A stretch of DNA of 64,000 nucleotides from an uncultured Acidimicrobiales bacterium. GTDB taxonomy: Bacteria > Actinomycetota > Acidimicrobiia > Acidimicrobiales > DATKAS01. A program made the position numbers and the translations under genes. The DNA lies in contig CAVXAI010000013.1 of NCBI GenBank assembly GCA_963759645.1, forward strand, positions 149,571 through 213,570, in the 5' to 3' direction. The notes below the pieces were generated by a model. That model made no database searches and had not been told where the DNA came from. It saw only the letters and a program-made list of their open reading frames with translations. Positions 50,550 through 62,549 of the stretch are shown in pieces. Every line of letters starts with the position of its first letter. Position 1 is the first letter of the stretch.

Positions 50550-53400
50550 TCAGCTCTGCAGGAGATGGGCGAGGAACTGGCCGGTGTAGCTCTCCGGCGT
50601 GCTGGCCACGGTCTCGGGTGTGCCCTCGACCACGACCGTCCCTCCGCCCGAGCCACCTTCGGGGCCGAGGTCGATGATCCAGTCTGCGGTCTTGATCACG
50701 TCCAGGTTGTGCTCGATCACCAGGACCGTGTTGCCCTGGTCCACGAGACGGCTGAGCACCGTCAGGAGCTTGCGGACGTCCTCGAAGTGGAGTCCAGTTG
50801 TCGGCTCGTCGAGGATGTAGATCGTGTGACCGGTCGACCGCTTCGCGAGCTCCGAGGAGAGCTTGACGCGCTGAGCCTCACCGCCGGACAGCGTGGGCGC
50901 GGGCTGTCCGAGCCGGATGTAGCCGAGGCCGACGTCGACCAGGGTCTGCATGTGCCGGGCAATGACGGGTTGGTTGGCGAAGAAGTCGACCGCCTCTTCA
51001 CACGACAGGTCGAGGACCTCGGCGATGTTCTTGCCCTTGAAGGTGATGTCGAGCGTGTCCCGGTTGTAGCGGGCCCCCTTGCAGACCTCGCACGGCACAT
51101 AGACATCGGGGAGGAAGTGCATCTCGATCTTGATCGTTCCGTCGCCCGCACAGGCCTCGCAGCGCCCGCCACTCACGTTGAACGAGAACCGCCCCGGGAG
51201 GTAACCGCGGACCTTCGCTTCCTGCGTCTGGCTGAAAAGCCGGCGGATGTGGTCGAACACGCCGGTGTAGGTAGCCGGGTTCGATCGCGGGGTGCGACCG
51301 ATGGGCGACTGGTCGATGTCGATCACCTTGTCGAGATGCTCGATGCCCTCGATCTTCTTGTGCCGCCCCGGCGGCATCTTCGAGCGGTAGATCCGCTGCA
51401 TCAGCGACTTGAGCAAGATCTCGCCGACGAGTGTCGATTTGCCCGACCCCGATACGCCGGTGACCGCGACGAAGCACCCCAGCGGGATCTCCACGTCGAT
51501 GTCGCGCAGGTTGTGCTCTTTCGCGCCGCGGATCGTCAGCCACGCGTCGCCGGGCGTGCGGCGCTGCTTCGGAACCGGGATGGTGCGCTTTCCGGCGAGG
51601 TACTGACCCGTCACGGAGTCCTTCGCTCGGATCAGCCCTTTCACGGAGCCCTCGAACACGATGTCGCCGCCGTGCTCGCCCGCGCCGGGACCGATGTCGA
51701 CGACATGGTCGGCGACGCGAATCGTCTCCTCGTCGTGCTCGACCACGAGAACGGTGTTGCCGAGGTCGCGGAGACGGACGAGCGTCTCGATCAGCCTGCG
51801 GTTGTCACGTTGGTGGAGACCGATCGACGGCTCGTCGAGGACGTAGAGCACGCCTACGAGCCCGCTGCCGATCTGACTCGCGAGCCGGATGCGCTGAGCC
51901 TCGCCGCCGGCGAGCGTGCCGGCCGACCGGCTCAGCGAGAGGTAGTCGAGCCCGACATCGAGCAGGAAGCTCATGCGGGCGTTCACCTCTTTCACGACGC
52001 GCTCCGCGATCATCCGGTCTCGTTCGCTCAGCTCGAGAGAGGCCAGCGTCTTGGCCGACTCTCCGATGCTCAGGTTGCAGAGCTCGTGGATGTTGCGTCC
52101 GTCGATCGTGACGGCGAGTGATGCAGGTCGCAGGCGCGCCCCGCCGCACGCCGGGCACGGGACCTCGCGCATGTACCCCTCGACCTGCTCGCGGGCCCAG
52201 TCGCTCTCCGCGTCGGTGTGCCGCCGCCGCAGGAACGGGATGATGCCCTCGTAGGTCGTCTGGAACGAGCGTTGACGGCCGTACCGGTTCTTGTACTTCA
52301 CCTGCACCGTGCCGGACTTCGAGCCGTGCAGGATCACGGTCTGCTGCGCTTTCGTCAGCTTCGACCACGGCGCGTCCATGTCGATGCCGTTCTCGTGGGC
52401 AACAGCACCAACGAGCCGCGTGAAGTACTGCGTTCGGGCGCCGGCCCACGGCGCGATCGCGCCCTCGTTCAACGAGAGATCGGGGTTGGGCACGACCAGC
52501 TCGGGGTCGACCTCGTAGGTCGTACCGAGCCCGTCGCACGTCTCGCACGCGCCATACGGAGAGTTGAAGGAGAAGTTGCGCGGCGCGAGCTCGTCGAAGG
52601 ACGTACCGCACTTCGGGCACGCGAGGTGCTGGCTGAACGTGAGGATCTCGGCCTCGTCCTCCCCTCCCTTCGGGAGGATCTGCACCTCGGCGACGCCCTC
52701 GGCGAGACGGAGCGCGGTCTCGAGCGAGTCAGTGAGCCGGCGCTCGACGCCATCGCGTCGCACGAGGCGGTCGACGACCACCTCGATCGTGTGTTGCTCG
52801 TACCGCGCCAGCCGGGTCGCGTCGCCGATCACCTCGGCGAGGTCGCGGACCTCGCCGTCGATGCGGGCTCGCACGTAGCCCTGGGACGCCAAGTCGGCGA
52901 GGAGCGACTCGTACTCGCCCTTCCGGCCGCGCACCACAGGGGCGAGCACCTGGAAGCGAGTGCCGTCCGGGAGCCGGAGCACACGGTCGACGATCTGCTG
53001 CGGCGTCTGGCGCTCGACGCGGGTGCCGTCGTTCGGGCAGTGCGGCACTCCGATCCGCGCGTAGCAGGAGCCGGAGGTAGTCGTAGACCTCGGTGATCGT
53101 GCCCACTGTCGAACGGGGGTTGCGCGAGGCGGACTTCTGGTCGATCGAGATCGCCGGCGAGAGGCCCTCGATGAAGTCGACATCGGGCTTGTCCATCTGG
53201 CCGAGGAACTGCCGCGCGTACGACGACAACGACTCGACGTAACGACGCTGGCCTTCGGCGTAGATGGTGTCGAACGCAAGCGACGACTTCCCCGACCCGG
53301 ACAGCCCGGTGAAGACGATCAAACGGTCGCGCGGCAGCTCGATCGAGACGTTCTTGAGGTTGTGCTCGCGGGCGCCTCGCACGACCAGCGTGTCGGCCAT
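50550..53400 (-). CDS. uvrA: Excinuclease ABC subunit A; frameshift near 53058
   Basis: The N-terminus [59 protein letters not shown]...EVYDYLRLL is in ORF 52729..53400. It joins to [13 protein letters not shown]... in ORF 50550..53279. An extra c is visible in ctcctgCtacgcg. Confidence 0.95.
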
Positions 53401-53459
53401 CCGGACGATCGTAGCCCGTTTCGGGCAATTGCGAACAGATGTACGATGACGGCCCTAGG

Positions 53460-55171
53460 TCAGCCACGTAGCGGCGGATCACGAAGTCGGTCCCAGAGGA
53501 ACTCGACGGTTCGGGCGCTCTCGAATCGGTACCCGGGATACGCCGGGTGCTCGGAGATCCGCTCGAGCGGGTCATCGTCCGAGTCGATCACGTCGATCCG
53601 TTCCGCGCCGATCTCGCCTGCGACGTCGCACGACCGCCTCCATCTCCGCGTCGTTCGCCGTGCCGATCGGTCACGCCGGCGGTCAACCAGCGGCGATCGC
53701 CGTACCAACTGCCGATCTCGGTGGCCAGATACGGCGAGTCGCTCACCACGACGACGTCCTCGGGAATGGCGAGGACGTCATCGGCGAACGCGCGATGCCA
53801 TGCGTACGGCTCACGTGCCACAGCGACCCCCAGCGCGCTCATCACCGCGGAGAGCCCCACGAGCGCGACAATCAGCGGGGTCGGGCCGATACGGCGAACC
53901 TGGCCGGCCGCGAGCACGACAAGAAGCGCAGTGGGGAGAAGGAGATACCGCCCGCCCCACTGGGGGCTGTGATCGCCCACCCATTGGGTGAGCCAGATGA
54001 GCGGAATGGCCGACACGGCACCGCCGAAGAGCACCTGCTCACGACTGACACGCTTCCCGAAGAGGCCGAGTGCGGCAATCGGCGCGGCGGTGAGAAAGCC
54101 GGGCACCGAGGAGATCCCGAACGTCAAACGCCAGGCCATTCCACCCCACGCCACGACTGCGCCGACGATGCCGGTCATGGAGCGTGCCCGATGAGTTCGC
54201 TGCCGCGGCCGCCATCAGCAAGATGCCGACTGCGATCGCCGCGCCGATCAGCAGCGCGAGCCAGTATTCGTTCGCGAAGACACCGACCGATGGTGATCAC
54301 CGCATCACGCGCCCGCTCGGCGAGGAGGAGTCCGGCAACGTCCGCTCGGTCGGCCGACCCGGACCGATCCCGACGTCGATGAGAACAGGGCCCGCTCGAT
54401 CAACCCGTTGGCCGCGACGGCGACGGCACACGCTCCCGCCCCGAGTGCAAGCTCCCGCCATCGGGCGAGGGACCGCTTCCGTTCCTCGGACACGACGAAC
54501 GCAGCGGCGCCGAGCGTCGCGAAGGTGACGAGGATGTCGTTGCGCATCACGATGGCGAGCCGCCGCGAGGAGGCCGCCGACCAGCACCCGGCGCCGTCCT
54601 CCTTCGAAGATCAGAGCGATCGCGAGCAGGCCGAGGGCGACGGCCGGAGCGTGCTCCCAGAAGTCAGCGCCGTAGAAGAGCACCGGCGACAGCAGGCCGA
54701 CGAACCACAGCGCGAGCCACCCATCGCCACCCGACGCCCACCGCGACAGCCGGCGAGCCGCGTAGGCCGCGAGGACGACGCTGAGGACGGGGAAGCAGCA
54801 CGACTGCGCGCGCCCCGCCGAGACTCCAGAGCGGCCTCCCCGCGACGACGAGCGGCACGCTCGTCACTTGGACGAAGCGGTGGTCGTAGGGCTTCGCGAA
54901 CAGGATCGGATGGTTTCCCCCGTCAGGGTCGACGGCTGACTGCCCAGTAGCCGAGATCGGGCACCCAGCTATCGGCCTCGGCCATCGTCTTCACGGTCGC
55001 TAGCCGCCCGCCCGAGTCCGAGAACGACGCGGCCCGAGGATCGCCCAACCACGCGATGGCGAGGGCCACGCAGCCGATGAGGAACAACGCAAACGCCAGG
55101 TTCCGGCGCTCGTGCGAGGGCGCTCGCTCCGTGAGCTGGGCACGCTCCGACACCGCCGAGACGCTACTCAT
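53460..55171 (-). CDS. Large polytopic membrane protein, possibly a GT-C-type glycosyltransferase or polymerase; at least 4 apparent frameshifts
   Basis: The pieces are MSSVSAVSERAQ...FLIGCVALAIAWLG...GGRLATVKTMAEADSWVPDLGYWAV (54923..55171), LLSPVLFYGADFWEHAPAVALGLLAIALIF (54297..54683), MTGIVGAVVAWGG...LLLPTALLVVLAAG (53588..54178) and ...IDVIDSDDDPLERISEHPAYPGYRFE (53460..53708). The function is guessed from context only. Confidence 0.4.
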
Positions 55172-55258
55172 CGGTCCTCTATCGGCCGAGGCACTCCGGG
55201 CAGTTATACCCGGAGTCGCCGGCTGACCGTCTCCCCGGCAGCGGCGAGCAGCGCACGG

Positions 55259-56467
55259 TCATCCGTGCCGAGGGGAGCCGTGCTGTGGCGCGAGCAGCGC
55301 GTGGACGAACGAGCGAACCGGTCCCAGTGAACGCCTGAGCGCGCTCATGGCCCCTCGCGGTGAGTGCCGCCCGCAGCGCATCGTCGCTCCACACCTCGAG
55401 AAGCGCCTGCGCGATCGACTCCACACCGGCGGACGCACTGCGCGGCAGCATCGCCCGCAAGCTCGCCAAGAGACGACGTCGAGGAGCACGCGACCGGCAG
55501 ACCCGCGTCGAACGCTTCGAGAACGGGAAAGCCGAAGCCCTCGAAGAGGGACGGGAACACGAGACAGCGGGCTTCGCCGGTAGAGGAGTGCGAGCTCGTC
55601 GTCACGCACGTATCCGGGGAAGTGCACGACACCGTCCAGTCCGAGGTCGGCCGCATAGGTCCGGAGGTCGCGGAAGCGGACATTGGGTTGGCCCGGACAG
55701 ACGAGCGAGATGTCGAGCTCCGACCTCGGAGGAGCGCGATCGCATCGAGCAGACGGACATGGTTCTTGTGCAGCCATGCTTGCGCGGGGTACAGCGCAAA
55801 CGGCGGCGCGCCGACGGGCCGGGGGATGGCGGAGGAGGACGGAGCGTCGTGGGAACGCCAGGCGGGACGACGGCGATCCGTGCCGGGTCGATCCGGAATG
55901 CGTCGATGACGTCGGTGCGGACGAACTGCGACGCGACGAGGACAAAGGACGCCCGCTCACTGCATCCGCGCCAGAGGGCATCTCGGACCGCAGCTGCTCG
56001 CCGGTGAAGAAGTGCGGAAAGTGGAGATGCTGGAGATCCCATGGCTGGTAGATGCTCGGCCGATCGGTGATCTCCCCCACCTGGGTGGGGAAGTGCACGA
56101 CGTCGTACCCGCCGGATTCGATCACGTCCGGCGCTCGCCGGACGGTGTAGGGGGTGTCGCGTAACAGGCGGTGCCGAACACGGACCGCCACGTGCCCCGG
56201 TCGAGTCCGGGAGATCCGAACCAGCGTCGGCGACCGTTCCGCTGCCGCTTGAACGACGAAGGACGCCGGCGATGCGATGAACGGCAGAAGCTCCTCCCGC
56301 ACGGCCGGAGAGCCTACGAACTCGTAGGTGTCCGCGCCCTCCACAGCGCTGAGCCCCGCCGCGAGCCCGGCCACGTACTGCTCGATCCCGCCACTCCCTC
56401 GGGAATGGGTGAGCCGGACCGCGAACACGCACAGCCGGGCAGTCTGACGCCCGTGCGCGGCTCTCAA
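55259..56467 (-). CDS. GT4-family glycosyltransferase; at least 3 apparent frameshifts
   Basis: [64 protein letters not shown]...[16 protein letters not shown] and [28 protein letters not shown] (the E-x7-E region) are spread over three frames. Confidence 0.7.
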   Translation of the reverse strand: MRAAHGRQTARLCVFAVRLTHSRGSGGIEQYVAGLAAGLSAVEGADTYEFVGSPAVREELLPFIASPASFVVQAAAERSPTLVRISRTRPGHVAVRVRHRLLRDTPYTVRRAPDVIESGGYDVVHFPTQVGEITDRPSIYQPWDLQHLHFPHFFTGEQLRSEMPSGADAVSGRPLSSSRRSSSAPTSSTHSGSTRHGSPSSRLAFPRRSVLLRHPPARRRAAVCAVPRASMAAQEPCPSARCDRAPPRSELDISLVCPGQPNVRFRDLRTYAADLGLDGVVHFPGYVRDDELALLYRRSPLSRVPVPLRGLRLSRSRSVRRGSAGRVLLDVVSWRACGRCCRAVRPPVWSRSRRRFSRCGATMRCGRHSPRGAMSALRRSLGPVRSFVHALLAPQHGSPRHG

Positions 56468-58479
56468 ACGACTTCGCGCAGCTCCCGCTTCAGGTCGTGG
56501 ATCTCGTCGCGGAGACGCGCCGCGTACTCGAACCGCAGGTCGGCCGATGCCTCCTTCATCTCCTCCTCGAGCGTGCGGATGAGACGGGCGAGCTCGTCGT
56601 GCGGCAGCTCGGAGAGATCGGAGCGGGTGCGGTCGCGGCTTCGCGATCGCCGGTCACGGCCCGGCACGGGTGCGGAGTCAGTGCCGCGGAGGTGGGCCAG
56701 GATGTCGGTCACCGCCTTGCGGATCGTCTGCGGGTCGATGCCGTGCTCGATGTTGTGCTCCTGCTGGAGACGGCGACGGCGGTTCACCTCGGAGATCGCG
56801 CGGGTCATCGAATCGGTGACCGTGTCGGCGTACATCACCACCTGGCCGTCGATGTTGCGCGCCGCTCGTCCCATGGTCTGGATCAACGACGTCTGACTCC
56901 GGAGGAAGCCTTCCTTGTCGGCGTCGAGGATCGCGACGAGCGACACCTCCGGAAGGTCAAGGCCCTCGCGCAGCAGGTTGATGCCGACGAGCACGTCGAA
57001 CTCGCCGAGGCGGAGGTCGCGCAGGATCTCGATGCGCTGCACGGTGTCGACCTCGCTGTGGAGGTAGCGCACGCGCACGCCGAGCTCGAGCAGGTAGTCG
57101 GTGAGGTCTTCGGCCATCTTCTTGGTGAGGGTGGTCACGAGCACCCTCGCGCCGGCGATCACGCGCTGGTTGATCTGCTCGAGGAGATCGTCGATCTGGC
57201 CCTTCGTCGGCTTGATGATGACCTCGGGATCGACAAGGCCGGTCGGTCGCACGATCTGCTCGACGACCTGGTTCGAGACCTCGAGCTCATAGCGCGCGGG
57301 CGTCGCGGAGAGGAACACCACCTGATTGAGCCGCTCCATGACCTCTTCGAAGCGCAGCGGGCGGTTGTCGCGCGCGCTCGGGAGCCGGAAGCCGTGCTCG
57401 ACGAGGGTGTCCTTGCGGCTGCGATCACCTTCGTACTGCGCGTGCAGCTGCGGCACCGCGACGTGGCTCTCGTCGATGACGAGCAGGTAGTCCTTCGGGA
57501 AGTAGTCGAGCAGCGTGTACGGCGGTTCGTCGTGCACGCGGCCGTCGATGTGCATCGAGTAGTTCTCGATGCCGTTGCAGTAGCCGATCTCCTGGATCAT
57601 CTCGAGGTCGTACTGGGTGCGCATGCGCAGCCGCTGTGCCTCGAGCAGCTTGCCGTGGGCCTCGAACCACGCCAGGCGCTCTTGGAGCTCGGCTTCGATG
57701 CCGACGACGGCTTTGCGCATGACTTCGTCGCCGGCGACATAGTGCGTCGCGGGAAACACGGCGAGGTCCGTGAGCTCGCTCACCTGCTCGCCGGTGAGCG
57801 GGTCGACGACGGTGATGCGCTCGATCTCGTCGCCGAACAGCTCGATGCGCGTGACCATCTCTTCGTACGCGGGATGCACTTCGATGGTGTCGCCCCGCAC
57901 TCGGAACCGGCCCCGTCCGAGGGTGGCGTCATTGCGCTCGTACTGCATGTCGACGAGCTGACGGAGCAGCGAGCGTTGATCGCGCTCTTCGCCGACCGAA
58001 ACCACGAGAAGCTTGCCGCGGTACTCGTCGGGATTGCCCATGCCGTAGATGCACGACACCGACGCCACGACGATGACGTCTCGGCGGGTGAGCAACGCTG
58101 ACGTCGCCGCGTGACGCAGCCGGTCGATCTCGTCGTTGATCGAGCTGTCCTTCTCGATGTACGTGTCACTCGACGGGAGGTACGCCTCGGGCTGGTAGTA
58201 GTCGTAGTAGGAGACGAAGTACTCGACGCGGTTGTGCGGGAAGAACTCGCGGAACTCGTTCGCGAGCTGGGCGGCGAGCGACTTGTTCGGCGCGAGGACG
58301 AGTGTCGGGCGCTGCACCTTCTCGATCGTCCACGCGATCGTGGCGCTCTTGCCGCTGCCCGTGATGCCGAGAAGTGTCTGGAAGCGATCACCGCGCTCGA
58401 TGCCGGCGGCGAGCTCCTCGATCGCCTTCGGCTGATCTCCCGCCGGCTCGAAGTCGGACACCACCGAGAACGCAGGCAC
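56464..58479 (-). CDS. uvrB: Excinuclease ABC subunit B
   Basis: The ORF is an intact 671 aa. [23 protein letters not shown] and a C-terminal UVR domain ([15 protein letters not shown]) are present. Confidence 0.97.
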   Translation of the reverse strand: MPAFSVVSDFEPAGDQPKAIEELAAGIERGDRFQTLLGITGSGKSATIAWTIEKVQRPTLVLAPNKSLAAQLANEFREFFPHNRVEYFVSYYDYYQPEAYLPSSDTYIEKDSSINDEIDRLRHAATSALLTRRDVIVVASVSCIYGMGNPDEYRGKLLVVSVGEERDQRSLLRQLVDMQYERNDATLGRGRFRVRGDTIEVHPAYEEMVTRIELFGDEIERITVVDPLTGEQVSELTDLAVFPATHYVAGDEVMRKAVVGIEAELQERLAWFEAHGKLLEAQRLRMRTQYDLEMIQEIGYCNGIENYSMHIDGRVHDEPPYTLLDYFPKDYLLVIDESHVAVPQLHAQYEGDRSRKDTLVEHGFRLPSARDNRPLRFEEVMERLNQVVFLSATPARYELEVSNQVVEQIVRPTGLVDPEVIIKPTKGQIDDLLEQINQRVIAGARVLVTTLTKKMAEDLTDYLLELGVRVRYLHSEVDTVQRIEILRDLRLGEFDVLVGINLLREGLDLPEVSLVAILDADKEGFLRSQTSLIQTMGRAARNIDGQVVMYADTVTDSMTRAISEVNRRRRLQQEHNIEHGIDPQTIRKAVTDILAHLRGTDSAPVPGRDRRSRSRDRTRSDLSELPHDELARLIRTLEEEMKEASADLRFEYAARLRDEIHDLKRELREVV

Positions 58480-58488
58480 CGATCGATG

Positions 58489-59130
58489 CTACCGAGGGGG
58501 TGGGACACTCCCTCTGGGTTCGCGTGGCCGGTCCGCGTCGGGCAGCTGCTGCATCCACGCCCACACCTCGGCCACTCGCTTCTCGAGCGCCTCGCGCGTG
58601 CTCGAGTTGTCGATGACCACATCCGCCTTGGCCAGACGCTCGTCTCTCGACGCTTGCACGGCGACACGCGCTCTGGCGTCGTCTTCGGACATGCCGCGCT
58701 GGACGACGAGCCGCTCGACCGCCGTGTCGGTGGGCACATCCACGACGACAATTCCGGACAACCCGCCCCTGCCCGTCTCGACGAGCAACGGCACATCGAG
58801 CACCACGATCCGGCCGGAGTCCTGCTCGGCGGCGATCCGCCGCGCGATCTCGGCACCGACGGCGGGATGCACGATCGCGTTCAGGTCGCGGAGCGCATCG
58901 GGGTCGCCGAACACGATCTCGGCCAGCCCGGCCCGGTCCAGACGTCCGTCCGCAGTCAGCACGCCCGAACCGAAACGGTCGACGATCGCCGCGAGGACCG
59001 GTTGCCCGGGCTCCTGGAGTGCTCGGGTGATCGCGTCAGCGTCGATGACGACCGCTCCGTGGCCGGCCAGGAGCGCCGAAACCGTGGACTTGCCCGCGCC
59101 GATGCCCCCGGTCAACCCGACGAGAATCAT
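58489..59130 (-). CDS. coaE: Dephospho-CoA kinase
   Basis: MILVGLTGGIGAGKST...IDADAI...IVHPAV are present. The start is taken at M21 of ORF 58489..59190. Confidence 0.9.
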   Translation of the reverse strand: MILVGLTGGIGAGKSTVSALLAGHGAVVIDADAITRALQEPGQPVLAAIVDRFGSGVLTADGRLDRAGLAEIVFGDPDALRDLNAIVHPAVGAEIARRIAAEQDSGRIVVLDVPLLVETGRGGLSGIVVVDVPTDTAVERLVVQRGMSEDDARARVAVQASRDERLAKADVVIDNSSTREALEKRVAEVWAWMQQLPDADRPREPRGSVPPPR

Positions 59131-59245
59131 CGGCGGGACGGTACCTGGGCGCGATCGGGAGTGAATCACCGGCGCCGACGTGCCGACCATTTACCCTGAG
59201 GCGTCGGCGCAAGTTCGCGTTGCCGCCCGACCCCCGAAGGAGGTG

Positions 59246-61029
59246 GAGATGGCGTTGCGTGCTCGGCCCGACCGCAGCAGCCCTCCCGCTCCCGAGCCCG
59301 GGGATCCACCCGCCGAGACCGACCCCGCCGCCGAGGAGAAGAACCCGACGTGGGCCTTCACCGAGCGGCATACCTGGGGTCGCGGCGAACGACGCCGGCT
59401 GCCTGATCTGAGTGTTGCGGCGCTCACGCCGCCGGTCATCGCGATCCGATGGGGTGCCCTGGCGGTGGGCTTCGCGCTCGGCTCGGCGGATGTCGCCGAC
59501 GGCGACACCCGCATCATCGCGTTCGGCGCGGTGATCCTTGCCTACGCGGTCTTCCGGACGCTGCGGCCCATCCGATACGAGGAGGGTCCAGGCACGGTCT
59601 GGGGGGTCCTCGCCGAGCTCGCCCTCTGCGTGTTCGTGGTGTGCGCCACCGGGTATTGGGAGTCACCGTTCGTCTTCTCGCTGATGACGGCGGTCATCGC
59701 TGCAGGGTTCGCCCGAGGATTCACGTTCGCCATCAACGCCGCTCTCGGGGCCGCGGCCGCGGTCGCGATCCCCTATCTGGCGACCGCCAGCGAAGGGGAG
59801 GACGCGCTGCGGCGGTCGGCGCAGTGGGCGTTTCTCCTGCTGCTCGTGGCCATGGTGGCGGGCTACGCCCGTCGCATCTTCACCGAGTCCGAGCGTCAGC
59901 AGTCACTGGCACTGGACCGCCTCGGGCGCCTGACCGAGGCGAACGAGCTGCTCGAGTCGCTCCACCGTGTGGCGCAATCACTGCCGGCGTCGCTCGACCT
60001 CGAAGACGTCCTCGACGGCACCATGATTCGGCTCCGGGACCTCATGGACTTCGACTCCGCGGCCGTGCTGCTGCTCGACGAGACCGACGCCACCTGGGTC
60101 ACCGCCCGCCGCGACGGCGTGAAGGTGCCCCGACCGCTGCCGACCCACCGTCTCCCCCTCCCCTTCGTCGCGCCATGGGCGTCACGTCCGGCGTGAACGA
60201 GCCGAACCTCCTCGAGTCCGGTGGGCCGGGCCTGTCGCCGAGCGCCGGCTCGGGCATCTACGCGGCGCTGCGGGCCCGGGGCGCCTTGATCGGGCTGATC
60301 TCGGTGGAGCGCACCAAGGAAGAGTCCTTCGCGGCACGCGACCTCGAGCTCCTGAATCGCTTCGTCGAGCCCGCCGCCCTCGCGGTCGACAACGCCCGGT
60401 GGTTCAACCGGCTGCGCACCGTCGGCGCGGACGAAGAACGGACCCGCATCGCCCGTGACCTGCACGATCGCATCGGCCAGTCCCTGGCGTACCTGGCGTT
60501 CGAGCTCGATCGCATCGTTCGGGCCGCCGACAAGGGCGACGAGGTGAGGGAGTCACTCGACAACCTCCGCAACGACGTGCGCGGCGTCATCGGCGAGGTC
60601 AGGGACACCCTCTACGACCTCCGCACCGACGTCACCGAGGTACAGGACATGACCACGACCCTCAAGCAGTTCCTCGAGCGCGTCTCCGAACGCAGCGGGC
60701 TGAGGGTCACTCTCCGCACCGAGGAACGCGGTCGCCTCCCCCTGCTGCAGGAGCGCGAGGTCTGGCGCATCACCAAGGAGGCCGTCGCGAACGTCGAACG
60801 GCACGCCCGTGCCTCCCAGCTCGCCATCACGTGGCGCTGCGACGGTCAGCGCGCCGAGCTCGTCGTCTCCGACGACGGAGTCGGGCTGGGCAAGGGCCAG
60901 CCCGCCCGACTCGACTCCTACGGCATCATCGGCATGCGCGAACGCGCCGCCAGCATTGGTGCCCGCCTCGACTTCGACACCAACCCCGGTGGTGGGACGG
61001 CGGTGCGAGTGTGGCTCGAACCCGACTGA
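59246..61029 (+). CDS. Membrane sensor histidine kinase (TM region - GAF - HisKA_3 - HATPase_c); frameshift near 60155
   Basis: At least 4 TM helices are present (IAIRWGALAVGFALG...). The GAF part reads LMDFDSAAVLLLDE...ALIGLISVER. The H-box is ERTRIARDLHDRIGQSL. The ATPase part reads VANVERHA...DDGVGL...GIIGMRERA. Confidence 0.85.
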
Positions 61030-61081
61030 CCGACACCGAACCTCGAGACCGCCCGATCTCGACACAAGGGAGGCCGACGAC

Positions 61082-61744
61082 ATGGATGACGGCTCCGAGA
61101 GCATCCGGCTGATGCTCGTGGACGACCACAAGATGCTGCGCGAGGGTCTGCGCCGCTCGATGCTCGACGAAGGCTTCGACGTCGTCGGCGAGGCCGCCGA
61201 CGGCGAGGAGGCGATCCGCCTCGCGGCCGACATCCGGCCCGACGTGATCCTGATGGACGTCTCGATGCCCCAGATCGACGGAGTGGAGGCGACGCGGCGG
61301 ATCCGCGACGAGAATCCCGACGCCCGCATCGTGATGCTCACCATGCACGCCGACCATTCCGTGCTCACAGACGCCATTCGCGCCGGCGCCGTCGGCTATC
61401 TCGTCAAGGACTGCTCTGTCGACGAGGTGGCGGCGACGGTTCGGCAGGCTGCGACCGGTGAGACAGCGCTGTCGCAGGACATCGCCTCGTCGATGCTCGA
61501 CGAGGTCCACAAAATCGACACACCGGCGACAAAGGACGAGGACCGGCTGATCACCAAGCGGGAGGAAGAGGTCCTACAGCTCATCGCAGACGGCTGCTCG
61601 ACACCCGAAGTCGCAGGAAAGCTCTACATCAGCCAGAAGACCGTGAAAAACCACCTCGCGTCCATCTACGAGAAGCTCGATGCTCGCGATCGCACTCAGG
61701 CAGTGCTTCAGGCCGTCCGGATGGGGATCGTTCACCTGCGGTAG
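61082..61744 (+). CDS. NarL/FixJ-type response regulator (REC plus LuxR HTH)
   Basis: LMLVDDH...ILMDVSMPQIDG...VMLT is the receiver domain. ITKREEEVLQLIADGCSTPEVAGKLYISQKTVKNHLASIYEKL is the HTH. Confidence 0.92.
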   Translation: MDDGSESIRLMLVDDHKMLREGLRRSMLDEGFDVVGEAADGEEAIRLAADIRPDVILMDVSMPQIDGVEATRRIRDENPDARIVMLTMHADHSVLTDAIRAGAVGYLVKDCSVDEVAATVRQAATGETALSQDIASSMLDEVHKIDTPATKDEDRLITKREEEVLQLIADGCSTPEVAGKLYISQKTVKNHLASIYEKLDARDRTQAVLQAVRMGIVHLR

Positions 61745-61876
61745 TCCGTTCGCCCCACTCAGTGAATTGGGCCGATCGTCCTATTCATCGAGCCCCAGGT
61801 GCCGACCGATACTTAGTGCACAGGAAGCGCCAGCATCCTGGCTCATAACCAGCCCAAATCCCGACGGGAGAGATAA

Positions 61877-62080
61877 ATGGACCTGAAGACCCAGTGGGAC
61901 TTCTTCGCCTCTTGGATGCGTGCCCGCTTCGCTGATAGCGACCGTGGTGCGACCATGGTGGAGTACGCCCTGATGGTTGCCCTGATCGCCGTGGTGTGCA
62001 TCGCCGCCGTGTCGCTCATCGGTAACAGCTCCAGCTCGAAGTTCAGCACGGTCGGTAACTCGATCAACGCCGCGAGCTGA
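61877..62080 (+). CDS. flp: Flp/Fap-family type IVb prepilin, copy 1 (67 aa, long leader)
   Basis: The protein reads ...DRG|ATMVEYALMVALIAVVCIAAVSLIGNSSSSKFSTVGNSI, with the Flp G/ATxVEYAL motif. GGGAGAG lies 6 nt before the ATG. Confidence 0.9.
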   Translation: MDLKTQWDFFASWMRARFADSDRGATMVEYALMVALIAVVCIAAVSLIGNSSSSKFSTVGNSINAAS

Positions 62081-62104
62081 CGAAAACCAACACAAAGTGA
62101 ACTC

Positions 62105-62142
62105 CGGAGGGCGGGCCGGATGGCCCGCCCTCCGCACTTTCT
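62105..62142 (+). terminator. Strong GC hairpin after flp copy 1 (13-bp perfect stem, GGAT loop, short T tract)
   Basis: cggagggcgggcc-ggat-ggcccgccctccg occupies 62105-62134 and is followed by cactttct. Confidence 0.6.
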
Positions 62143-62178
62143 CCAAAAGTTCCCTCTGACCTCAAGGTGGTTTCCGGC

Positions 62179-62343
62179 ATGAATGCGAAGCGTTTCAGCG
62201 GTGACGACGGAGCAACGATGGTCGAGTACGCCCTGATGGTCGCACTCATCGCCGTGATCTGCATCGCCGCAGTCACCCTCATCGGCACCAACTCCAACTC
62301 GAAGTTCAGCCAAGTCGGCAACTCGATCCAGTCCGGCAGCTGA
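62179..62343 (+). CDS. flp: Flp-family prepilin, copy 2 (54 aa, not in the ORF track)
   Basis: Hand translation gives MNAKRFSGDDG|ATMVEYALMVALIAVICIAAVTLIGTNSNSKFSQVGNSIQSGS*. Confidence 0.85.
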   Translation: MNAKRFSGDDGATMVEYALMVALIAVICIAAVTLIGTNSNSKFSQVGNSIQSGS

Positions 62344-62351
62344 TTCGACCC

Positions 62352-62516
62352 ATGGAGGCACGCCGCCTGCGAGGAGATGACGGAGCAACGATGGTCGAGT
62401 ACGCCCTTCTGGTCGCACTCATCGCCGTCGTTTGCATCGCGTCGATCGGTCTCCTCGGCAGCGCGGCGCAGTCCAAGTTCAGCACCATCGGCAGCAACAT
62501 CGGCTCGGCGAGCTAA
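62352..62516 (+). CDS. flp: Flp-family prepilin, copy 3 (54 aa, not in the ORF track)
   Basis: Hand translation gives MEARRLRGDDG|ATMVEYALLVALIAVVCIASIGLLGSAAQSKFSTIGSNIGSAS*. Confidence 0.85.
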   Translation: MEARRLRGDDGATMVEYALLVALIAVVCIASIGLLGSAAQSKFSTIGSNIGSAS

Positions 62517-62549
62517 CGCATCCGGGCCGCAGAACCGGCGGAGGTTCAC

